From contig JBHLKA010000003.1 of the NCBI GenBank assembly GCA_048887145.1, positions 1-54,828 of the forward strand: a stretch of 54,828 nucleotides of DNA. The letters are read 5' to 3'. The notes beneath the pieces are model-generated. The model saw nothing but the letters and a program-made list of their open reading frames with translations, had not been told where the DNA came from and did not search any database. Both the position numbers and the translations under genes were made by a program. Positions 36,207 to 44,528 of this stretch are shown here, in pieces. How positions within the stretch are numbered: position 1 is the first letter of the stretch; each line of letters opens with the position of its first letter. This stretch comes from Candidatus Hodarchaeota archaeon (GTDB lineage: Archaea; Asgardarchaeota; Lokiarchaeia; Sigyniarchaeales; SOKP01).

Positions 36207-36581
36207 TTAATCACCCTTCGTATAATTTTGTAGATTTTTTAAACATTCTTCAATTTCAATGAAAATCAATCCTAGATCTATGTTTATATCTGCAAGTGAA
36301 ACAATAATTACTTCTTCATCAACACCAAAAATAATTAGCTGGTAATCATTGAATTCAACTGTTATATTAATTAATTTATCAAAGAAGGTTGATATGGCCG
36401 TTTCCATTGCTCCAAACATAGTTGCTGCCATAGCACCAAACTTACGCTCATCTATATTTCTTGGTAGATTTGATAGAATCGTTAGACCATTACGATTTAC
36501 TATTGCTATTCCTATAATTCCTCCTACAACTATGAGCCTATCTAATTCCTTACTAAAATGCCCTACTTTAATTGAATTCAT
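36207..36581 (-). CDS. Roadblock/LAMTOR2-domain protein
   Basis: GIIGIAIVNRNGLTILSNLP, FGAMAATMFGAME, ITVEF, DLGLIFIEI. Confidence 0.9.
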   Translation of the reverse strand: MNSIKVGHFSKELDRLIVVGGIIGIAIVNRNGLTILSNLPRNIDERKFGAMAATMFGAMETAISTFFDKLINITVEFNDYQLIIFGVDEEVIIVSLADINIDLGLIFIEIEECLKNLQNYTKGD

Positions 36582-36683
36582 TGAAATAAAAGCAAATACT
36601 AATATGAAAAATTAATAATATGCAATATAAATAATTGCATGTAAAGTTTACTTTAGGATTTAAAAATAAAAGAAAATAAGTAT

Positions 36684-36884
36684 CTACCTATAGAAACCCT
36701 TATTTCCATTAAAAGGGCGATGTCTATTTCTCCAACTTGGTTGTCGTAACTTCGCAGTTCTACCAAAACCACAACTGGCACAAAATTTTTTTCTCCGATG
36801 ATAACTATGCTTACCACATCTACGACAAGTTTTATGAGACGCTGCTTTATTTTTTTTTCCCTTACTTGGAGTGCCTTTACCCAT
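36684..36884 (-). CDS. rpl37e: 50S ribosomal protein L37e
   Basis: MGKGTPSKG, HKTCRRCG, SYH, CASCGFG. ATG 36884 lies downstream of an SD-like AAGGTGTGAT. Confidence 0.96.
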   Translation of the reverse strand: MGKGTPSKGKKNKAASHKTCRRCGKHSYHRRKKFCASCGFGRTAKLRQPSWRNRHRPFNGNKGFYR

Positions 36885-36896
36885 TGATATCACACC

Positions 36897-37211
36897 TTAA
36901 GATGAACTTTCTTCGAACTCTTCTCTATACATCAGTTTATCTTCATCTGTGTCAGAGAAAATTAATTTTTCCCGGTCTTGACCAATAAAAATTACTGAAG
37001 CGCCTCTTATCATTACTGTTCCAAGATCTTTACTTCTTTTTCCTCCACGACCAAAATAGATTTCTTTAGCATTTTCAACAATTAAATTCATATAATTGTC
37101 AAACATTTTTAGTTTTCCTGTTAAATATGTGTTCCAAATTTTTAATTTTATGCGAACCTCTGGTTTTAAAATTGCTTTACTCAAAGTTCTATGTATTGTT
37201 TGTTGAGACAT
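36897..37211 (-). CDS. Sm-like archaeal protein (Lsm/SmAP1)
   Basis: Sm1 motif GKLKMFDNYMNLIVENAKE and Sm2 motif LGTVMIRG; the conserved archaeal Lsm-rpl37e order. Confidence 0.9.
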   Translation of the reverse strand: MSQQTIHRTLSKAILKPEVRIKLKIWNTYLTGKLKMFDNYMNLIVENAKEIYFGRGGKRSKDLGTVMIRGASVIFIGQDREKLIFSDTDEDKLMYREEFEESSS

Positions 37212-37393
37212 TTTCGATCAACGAGAATTAATAGAATATTCTATAAAATGTATTAAAAATATAAATATTTTTTGATTACAGCTTTCCTATACATTAAATA
37301 AATTTTCTAAAAGATAAACATTTTTTTATTCTAAAGGATTTAATTAAGCACAATAATTAACTTAAAATCAATAGGTAAGTTGGACAATTAAAT

Positions 37394-38431
37394 ATGCAAA
37401 AAATTGGTATTTTTGATAGTGGAGTCGAAACCCCTGAAGAAATTGTGATGGCTGCCGGCTTCACTCCTTATCGATTCTTTGGTGATCCTACGATGGAACC
37501 AGATAAAGCTAATGAGCATATACCGCCAACACATTGTGTATGGACTCGAAACCTCCTTGAACAAGCAATTAAAGGATTAAATGAAAATATAGTAGGAATA
37601 ATCGGGACACATGGATGCGATAGAACTAATCGAGAATTTGATATATGGATTGAATGCCTAAATCTAGATTTTATGTTCTTCCTGAATTCTCCACGAAAGC
37701 GCGATAATTTAGCCCTAAATTTCTTTAAAAATGATCTGAGAGAGCTCATCCTACGTTTAGAAGAATGTTTTAATATTGATATTACAACGGAAAAGTTAAA
37801 AGACGCCATTAAAAAAATGAATAAAATTCGAAAGTTATTGAGAGAAATCTCTGATTATAGAAATAATTTGGTTCTTAAGGGATCGCAATTTCATGAACTA
37901 GTTAAAAATGCTCAATACCAAAATAAAAACCAAGTATTAGAACGCCTTGAGAAAAAATTAGAAGAACTTAAATCTGCAACCCCTTTTTCAGAAAAAAATC
38001 TTAAAAGAATTTTGCTTACTGGTTCTGAAATTGATGATACTGAATTTATAAAATATCTTGAACATTTAGGATTTCATGTTGTTATTGATGATCTAGGTGT
38101 TGGAACTAAATATTTCTGGAATTTAGTGGACAAAAATTTAGAACCAATTGAAGCACTTGCTAAATACCATTTAACAAAACCAATCAATTCTATTAAATAT
38201 CCCTCTTATGAGAGATTTAATGTTCTTGAAAAATTAATGGAAGATTATAGAGTTGATGGTGTGATAAATATAGCACAGAAATTTTGTGAACCCGTCTTAT
38301 ATGATCACCCCTATTTAAATAAAAAATTTAAAGAACTTGAGATTCCCTACTTATTCATAGAAGTTACATATAATAGAGAATCATATAGCCAATTATCAAC
38401 CAGATTTTCTGCATTTGCAGAAATAATATGA
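37394..38431 (+). CDS. 2-hydroxyacyl-CoA dehydratase / benzoyl-CoA reductase-like subunit (HgdB/BcrC-like)
   Basis: PEEIVMAAG, HGCD, VVIDD, VDGVI..KFCEP, TRFSAFAE. Confidence 0.88.
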   Translation: MQKIGIFDSGVETPEEIVMAAGFTPYRFFGDPTMEPDKANEHIPPTHCVWTRNLLEQAIKGLNENIVGIIGTHGCDRTNREFDIWIECLNLDFMFFLNSPRKRDNLALNFFKNDLRELILRLEECFNIDITTEKLKDAIKKMNKIRKLLREISDYRNNLVLKGSQFHELVKNAQYQNKNQVLERLEKKLEELKSATPFSEKNLKRILLTGSEIDDTEFIKYLEHLGFHVVIDDLGVGTKYFWNLVDKNLEPIEALAKYHLTKPINSIKYPSYERFNVLEKLMEDYRVDGVINIAQKFCEPVLYDHPYLNKKFKELEIPYLFIEVTYNRESYSQLSTRFSAFAEII

Positions 38432-38441
38432 GGATGGTAAA

Positions 38442-39704
38442 ATGTCAAAAGAAAAAACAAAACATAGAAAGATGCTAAATGCAACACAAGGTTTAAAAAA
38501 TGTAATGGGTCGGCATTTTTTAGCAATTGAGCAAGCGTTTCGAGATGGAAAACCAACTGCTTGGGCAACATCAGGCAGTCCTGTAGAACTTCTATATGCC
38601 ATGGATGTACAACCGATATTACCCGAAAATTCTGCAACCATCTCGGCAGCTCAAAAATATTCTAAAGATTTCATTGAAATTGCTGAAGCAGAAGGATTCT
38701 CATATGATTTATGTTCTTATTTTAAAACTAATGTAGGAGCTGTTATAAGCAATGCTGATATAACTAAGGGAGGTACTGGAAAACCGAGCTTTATGTTATC
38801 TACAGACGTTATATGTGATACGCATGTTAATTGGTTCGAAGTTCAAGCAGAAAGATTAAATGTTCCTCATTATACACTAGATATACCACATGTTGTCAGT
38901 AATACTAATAATAGACAATATAATTACTTTAAAAAATATATAGCGGACCAACTTCATGATTTTCTTGATTTCATTCAAGAAGTTACTGGGAATGAATACA
39001 ATGAAGAAAGAGCTAAGGTAATCACACAGAATTCATGGGATTTAAGTATGGTATGGCAAGACATCTATGAATTAAGAAAGGCAGTTCCATGTCCAATAAG
39101 TACAAGGGATACTTTTGGAGGATTATTTCCCTTGTTTACAATGCCAGGTCTGAAGGAGCCTATTAAACTATATAAACGAATGTATCGAGAAGCAAAAATA
39201 AGAGTAGATAACGGAATAGGAGCACTTGCGCAAGAAGAATTTCGTCTGATGTTCGAAGGCATCCCCTTTTGGTATAATCTCAAGTTCTTTGGCATGCTAG
39301 AAAGATGGAATTCTATTATAGTTTATGAGCCTTATACATACGCATTTAGCAAATATATGAACCCCAAAGTAACTAAAGATATGGTTTTAAGTAAACCTAT
39401 TGAAGCTATGTCTGAATTACTGCTTAGTTTTTGGTATATATATGATTTGAAAACACGCATCAAAAAATTTGAAGAAACAGTACGAGAATGGAAGATAGAT
39501 GGAGTGTTATTACATGAAAATTTATCATGTCGACCAAATTCTTGTGGATTATACGATTTAAAACGTCATTTAATGGATGATTACGATATCCCTTGCTTAG
39601 TAATCTCTAGCGATATGAATGACCCTAGAAAAATGAATGAAACTCAAGTTATCAATCAGATAGAAAGCTTTATAGAAATACTTCGCAAAAGAAAGAAAAG
39701 ATAA
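38442..39704 (+). CDS. 2-hydroxyacyl-CoA dehydratase / benzoyl-CoA reductase-like subunit (HgdA/BcrB-like)
   Basis: PVELLYAM, PEN, DLCSY, ICD, IDGVLLHENLSCRP, DMNDPR. Confidence 0.88.
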   Translation: MSKEKTKHRKMLNATQGLKNVMGRHFLAIEQAFRDGKPTAWATSGSPVELLYAMDVQPILPENSATISAAQKYSKDFIEIAEAEGFSYDLCSYFKTNVGAVISNADITKGGTGKPSFMLSTDVICDTHVNWFEVQAERLNVPHYTLDIPHVVSNTNNRQYNYFKKYIADQLHDFLDFIQEVTGNEYNEERAKVITQNSWDLSMVWQDIYELRKAVPCPISTRDTFGGLFPLFTMPGLKEPIKLYKRMYREAKIRVDNGIGALAQEEFRLMFEGIPFWYNLKFFGMLERWNSIIVYEPYTYAFSKYMNPKVTKDMVLSKPIEAMSELLLSFWYIYDLKTRIKKFEETVREWKIDGVLLHENLSCRPNSCGLYDLKRHLMDDYDIPCLVISSDMNDPRKMNETQVINQIESFIEILRKRKKR

Positions 39705-39749
39705 TGATAAAAAAAGTATTATTTCATATATAAAAAAGATAGAAGTTGG

Positions 39750-40427
39750 ATGCCTAGTTCTGTACTTTCTCACCAAGCACCCGCATTGCTAATTAAATTA
39801 AAGTATCCAAATAGATTTGATGGAACAGCACTTTGCATCAGTACATTTATTCCTGATATAGATGTAATAATTGACTTTTTTTTACCGTTTTCAATTAGAG
39901 GAATTACTCATAGCCTTTTAGGCTTAATATTATGGACGATTCCCTTAACGATTATCCTAACAATAGTATTTTCTAGATACATAGGACCTTTAAGTGCTAA
40001 AATTGTGAAGAAAGAAAAAATCTTCAAACCCTTAAGGTATTTTGGCATAGATGAATGGACTAATTTGAAGAATAAAAGATATAACCGCAAATTTTTTATT
40101 GTTGCATTTTATTCAGCTTTAATTGGAGGCATAACACATCTTTTACTTGATCTCCCTTCACATGCATTAATATATATCTTTTATCCATTGATAATACAAT
40201 CTCCTGATTTCTTATTATTCACTATTAAAGAAGGTACCACAATTTATGTTGGACAAAATCTTATAGATACGAGCTTATATGTTTATCGTCTTATATGGCT
40301 TATCGAAACTATTGTAACCTTATTTTTATCTCTTTATCTTCTCAGATATATTAAAAAGCATAAATTAATTACCAAATGGTATAAAAAGAAAAGATTAAAT
40401 CATGAAATAAATAACCTTAACCTTTAA
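39750..40427 (+). CDS. DUF4184-like membrane-bound metal-dependent hydrolase
   Basis: SH..PA, FIPD, THSLLG, THLLLD motifs with TM helices. Confidence 0.75.
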   Translation: MPSSVLSHQAPALLIKLKYPNRFDGTALCISTFIPDIDVIIDFFLPFSIRGITHSLLGLILWTIPLTIILTIVFSRYIGPLSAKIVKKEKIFKPLRYFGIDEWTNLKNKRYNRKFFIVAFYSALIGGITHLLLDLPSHALIYIFYPLIIQSPDFLLFTIKEGTTIYVGQNLIDTSLYVYRLIWLIETIVTLFLSLYLLRYIKKHKLITKWYKKKRLNHEINNLNL

Positions 40428-40429
40428 AT

Positions 40430-40783
40430 TTAGTTTGCAATCTTAACAAGAGAATTGGGGGTTAGAATCAAATATTCATCACCAATTCGTGCCATAGAAC
40501 CACCATTGTCTCTTAAAAATGATTTTAAATCCTCAATTCCTCGTTTAAGTTTTGTAACATCTACTTTTTGTAGAAGGTTTTTTACACTAATAATTAGAAT
40601 TCTACGCCCTAACAATTCTTTTTTTATATCTTCAATCTGTTCTAAGGATGAAAAATCATATTTCTTAATTAAGAAACTCTGTTTTAACGAAGGTAAATCC
40701 CTCGAAAAACCCATAGTTTCCTCAGGTGATCCTAGCAAATCTTCATCAAATCTTTTCCAAAATTTACCCAATTTATAATTCAC
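40430..40783 (-). CDS. sepF: Cell division protein SepF (archaeal type)
   Basis: Amphipathic N-terminus LGKFWKRF (true start may be TTG 40771), GRRILII, LKRGIEDLK, GGSMARIGDEYLILTP. Confidence 0.85.
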   Translation of the reverse strand: MNYKLGKFWKRFDEDLLGSPEETMGFSRDLPSLKQSFLIKKYDFSSLEQIEDIKKELLGRRILIISVKNLLQKVDVTKLKRGIEDLKSFLRDNGGSMARIGDEYLILTPNSLVKIAN

Positions 40784-41081
40784 TTCCTAATAATTACGGT
40801 TAAAATGCATATAATCTCATATTTAAATTAATAAGTTATTGTGATAATAGCTTCTCAAATATAGAAAATACAAAATTATAAGATAATTCTTACAGATTCT
40901 CCTTTTATCTATACAACTTAATTTAGAGATATAAAGTAAAATAATCCACTTTAAACAGTGTAATATATAGATAACACCCATTTTAAGTAGGTCACTGTCA
41001 ACAGAATTGAGAATTTATTTATACTACTAATCATAATATTAATCATTATAAAATCATTAAAGAAATATCGAAAAACTAATT

Positions 41082-41543
41082 ATGACCGAAAAAGTTATTG
41101 TTACGAATAAAGGTTTCATTCGGGCAGAATTTGACTTCTGGGTGGGTCAATATCTTGATAAATTTTATGATAACCTTGAAAATAAGAAATTTATTGGAAA
41201 TAAATGCCCAAAATGCAGTAAAGTGTTTGTACCTCCAAGAAAAATATGTGGCAACTGTAATGAAGTGATTCCTCTTGAAGGGAATTGGGTTGATTTGCCT
41301 GAAACTGGAACATTAATGAATTACACAATAACTCATTACAAAGTAAATGATAGAGCATTTAGGAAAGTGAAGAAACCTCAAATAATAGGCATGATTCAAA
41401 TTGATGGAAGTAATACAGCTATTATTTACCGATTATTAGACTTAGAACCAAATGAAATCAAATTAGGGATGAAATTAAAAGTTGAGTGGGAAGAAAAAAC
41501 AAAAGGAGACCCTTCAGATATAAAGGGTTTCGTAAAACTATAG
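41082..41543 (+). CDS. DUF35 Zn-ribbon/OB-fold protein
   Basis: GNKCPKC..FVPPRKICGNC, GTLMNYT, IKLGMKLKVEW. Confidence 0.92.
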   Translation: MTEKVIVTNKGFIRAEFDFWVGQYLDKFYDNLENKKFIGNKCPKCSKVFVPPRKICGNCNEVIPLEGNWVDLPETGTLMNYTITHYKVNDRAFRKVKKPQIIGMIQIDGSNTAIIYRLLDLEPNEIKLGMKLKVEWEEKTKGDPSDIKGFVKL

Positions 41544-41558
41544 AGGGTGATAAAATCA

Positions 41559-42701
41559 ATGCAAAAAGTTGGTATTGTTGGATATAATCAAGTGAAATTA
41601 TACTCAAATGCTAATTATGGAAGATATGAGATGATATTTGAGGCGGTACGAGGTGCTCTAGACAGCGCAGGTCTCAAAAAGAAAGATATAACGACTGTAG
41701 TCTCTGCTACTAATGATTATTATGATGGTCGAACCATCTCAAATGCACTAACTGTAGAGCCTGGAGGAGGATACTTAGAAGATGAATCTAAGGTTGAAAT
41801 GGATGGTGCTCATGCTGTATTATATGGATTAATGCGGATATTATCTGGTAATCATAGTTTGGCAGTTGTTTGGGGTGGGAGTATGGCATCATGTTTTCCA
41901 TACCATACTGCTCGATTATATGAAACAGATCCTATATGGGAGCGACCATTAGCCTATGTAAATGATATAAGTTCTTCTGGCTTTCAGATGAGAGCTTATA
42001 TGGAAAAATTTGGGGTAAGTGCTGAAGATATTGCTAAAATCGCTGTTAAAAATAGAAAAAATGCTGCAAAAAACCAATTAGCTTTAGCAGAAGCTCAACA
42101 TCCAGATTTAAAAATTAAAGACGTTTTAGAATCTGAGATTTATGCGGATCCAGTAACAGAATTAATGGTTGCTCAACCCTGTGATGGTGTAGCTGCTTTA
42201 TTATTGGCACCAGAAAAACAAGCATTAAAGATTACAGATAATCCAGTTTGGATTATAGGTGTGGGTTATAATCAAGAAACATATTATCTTGGAGAAAGGG
42301 ACTTATCTATTAGTAAATCCATGGAACTTGCAAGTAAAATGGCCTTTAATGCGGCTGGAGTTAAAGATCCTTTAAATGAAATTGATGTAGCTGAGTTATT
42401 TGAAGCATATGCTCATGAAGAGTTAATCCTTAGCGAAGCTATAGGATTTGCCGAAAAAGGTAAAGGGGGAGGTTTGAACTCTGAGATTGGTGGAGATTTG
42501 CCCATTAATCCCTCTGGAGGAGCTTTGGGGGGAAATCCACCCTGTGCAACTGGTTTAATAAGAATTATTGAAGCTGTTAAACAACTAAGAGGGGAGGCAA
42601 ATGGTTATCAAGTTAAGGGCGCCAAGAAAGCTATTGCTTCGGGTCAAATAGGATTGTGTGCCCAAAACAATATATTGTATGTATTAGAGGGAGGTAATTA
42701 A
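41559..42701 (+). CDS. SCP2-type thiolase-fold protein, Ltp4-like
   Basis: ESKVEMDGAH, DGVAALL, DVAEL, INPSGG, ATGLIRIIEA..QLRG. SD GAGGGTGAT upstream of ATG 41559. Confidence 0.88.
   Translation: MQKVGIVGYNQVKLYSNANYGRYEMIFEAVRGALDSAGLKKKDITTVVSATNDYYDGRTISNALTVEPGGGYLEDESKVEMDGAHAVLYGLMRILSGNHSLAVVWGGSMASCFPYHTARLYETDPIWERPLAYVNDISSSGFQMRAYMEKFGVSAEDIAKIAVKNRKNAAKNQLALAEAQHPDLKIKDVLESEIYADPVTELMVAQPCDGVAALLLAPEKQALKITDNPVWIIGVGYNQETYYLGERDLSISKSMELASKMAFNAAGVKDPLNEIDVAELFEAYAHEELILSEAIGFAEKGKGGGLNSEIGGDLPINPSGGALGGNPPCATGLIRIIEAVKQLRGEANGYQVKGAKKAIASGQIGLCAQNNILYVLEGGN
42690..42695 (+). promoter_or_regulatory. Shine-Dalgarno site
   Basis: GGAGGT, 8 nt upstream of ATG 42704. Confidence 0.7.
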
Positions 42702-42703
42702 AA

Positions 42704-43951
42704 ATGGGAAGACAAGTTTGTGTAGCAAGTGCAGGGTTTAGTGAGCATGCTTCGAAGCGCTCAGATGTAAACATGCCGGAGCTAGTTAGTGAAGCAATAG
42801 AAGATTGTTTAAAAAGAGTTCCAAGTCTTGACATTAAAGATATTGATGCTTTTGTAAATGGGAATATGCCTGCGTTTGAAGGATCAAATATTCCTGAATT
42901 ATGGATGACAGATTGGATGGGTGCCAGAAATAAACCATTACTGCGAGTCACTACAGGAGGTACTACAGGTGGTTCAGTAGCTATTGCTGGATATTACTCG
43001 GTTGCTGCTGGGATACCTGGTGTTGATACTGTGTTAGCTATCGCTTTTGAACAGCAATCTCAAGGTGATACAAGTGTTGGGCTTGCTAGTGTAGCTTATG
43101 GAGAAATATCAGTCATGAACTCACTAGGTATTCCTTATGATCAATTAACACTACTTCTATCTGGTGGTGCTGCTATAGGAATTGCTTCTTATCAAGCCAC
43201 TAATTATATGCGTAAAAGCAAGATTACTGAAGAAGATTTAGCTAGAGTTGTTGTTCAAAATAGGCATAATGCTGCAAAAACATGGTGGGCTCATCTTAAA
43301 ATGCCTGATCTCACGATTGAGGATGTTTTAGATACACCCTATATTTCGTATCCTTTAAGATATGGAATGGTTTGTCCAGCATCCGATGGAGCATGCGCAA
43401 TGCTATTTACAACCGAAGAAAAAGCGAAAAGTTTGTGTGACATTCCCGTTTATGTAAATGGTGTAGGCAGTGTAGCAAATGAGACAGCTCTCATTGGGTA
43501 TGGGGGTAGTGGATCGGGGCAATTAGACCTATCTGAACAATTGGGTGCTCAAAAAACTTCTGAAATAGCTTTTAAGCAAGCAGGTATTCGTTTTCCGAGA
43601 AAAGAAGTTGATTATGCTGAAGTTTATTCACCATTTCCAAACCAAGAACTTATGTGGGTTGAAAAACTGGGTCTATTTGAAGAAAACACCTCGCCAAAAA
43701 TGTACGAAACAGGAGTAACCGCTTTAAATGGTGAATTGCCCATCAATTGTTCAGGAGGTGTTAATTCTACAAATGCCATAGGAGCCTCAGCATTAGAAAG
43801 ACCCGCTGAAGCAGCTTTACAAATTATGGGAAAGGCTAGTAATCAAGTCCCTAAAACAGTACATACGTCACTGGGACATGGATGGGGGGGTTATGTTAAC
43901 TTAGTCACAATGATGGTAATGGCTGATGAACCAGCTAGAAAATATAAATAA
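42704..43951 (+). CDS. SCP2-type thiolase-fold protein, Ltp3-like
   Basis: KPLLRVTTGGTTGGS, CPASDGACA, AEVYSPF, INCSGG, AIGASAL, HGWGG. Confidence 0.88.
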   Translation: MGRQVCVASAGFSEHASKRSDVNMPELVSEAIEDCLKRVPSLDIKDIDAFVNGNMPAFEGSNIPELWMTDWMGARNKPLLRVTTGGTTGGSVAIAGYYSVAAGIPGVDTVLAIAFEQQSQGDTSVGLASVAYGEISVMNSLGIPYDQLTLLLSGGAAIGIASYQATNYMRKSKITEEDLARVVVQNRHNAAKTWWAHLKMPDLTIEDVLDTPYISYPLRYGMVCPASDGACAMLFTTEEKAKSLCDIPVYVNGVGSVANETALIGYGGSGSGQLDLSEQLGAQKTSEIAFKQAGIRFPRKEVDYAEVYSPFPNQELMWVEKLGLFEENTSPKMYETGVTALNGELPINCSGGVNSTNAIGASALERPAEAALQIMGKASNQVPKTVHTSLGHGWGGYVNLVTMMVMADEPARKYK

Positions 43952-43956
43952 AAGAT

Positions 43957-43962
43957 GGAGGT
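43957..43962 (+). promoter_or_regulatory. Shine-Dalgarno site
   Basis: GGAGGT, 8 nt upstream of ATG 43971. Confidence 0.7.
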
Positions 43963-43970
43963 AATATAAA

Positions 43971-44501
43971 ATGTCTAAAAGAACGTTAAGAAAGTCAATG
44001 GAATATATTAAAAAAGAATATATTAGAACAAGAACCATACCAGCAAGTTGGTATTTATCTAGCTATAAATTTAAATTTAATATTACTCATATGAAACCAT
44101 TTCTTGATAAATTAAAGCAGAAGAAGTTAGTTGGGCTACAATGTTCAAGTTGTAATAGGATTTATTTTCCACCACGCCAAATTTGTGGCAAGTGTCTAGT
44201 GAAACCTGATAGGTGGGTCGATTTGCGTGAAACTGGGAGAGTTGCTTCATTCACCGCAACTTATTTAAAGGATCCCGAAACTGGTAAAGTTTTAGAACGA
44301 CCTATTGTGTGTGCTCAATTAGATGGGGCGGATACTTCCTATCCAGCGCAATTGGATCCTGATATTGAATTTAAAGATACTTACATCGGTATGCCCATAA
44401 AGGTTCATTGGGCAGAGGATATTAAGGGTGGATTAATGGATATCGAATATTATGATCCTATTGAAGACAATGCTAAAGATTTACAACCTAAAGAGGATTA
44501 A
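43971..44501 (+). CDS. DUF35 Zn-ribbon/OB-fold protein
   Basis: GLQCSSC..FPPRQICGKC, GRVASFT, LDGAD, IGMPIKVHW. Confidence 0.92.
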   Translation: MSKRTLRKSMEYIKKEYIRTRTIPASWYLSSYKFKFNITHMKPFLDKLKQKKLVGLQCSSCNRIYFPPRQICGKCLVKPDRWVDLRETGRVASFTATYLKDPETGKVLERPIVCAQLDGADTSYPAQLDPDIEFKDTYIGMPIKVHWAEDIKGGLMDIEYYDPIEDNAKDLQPKED

Positions 44502-44528
44502 CAAAATCTTTTTTTAACTCCTATTTAA

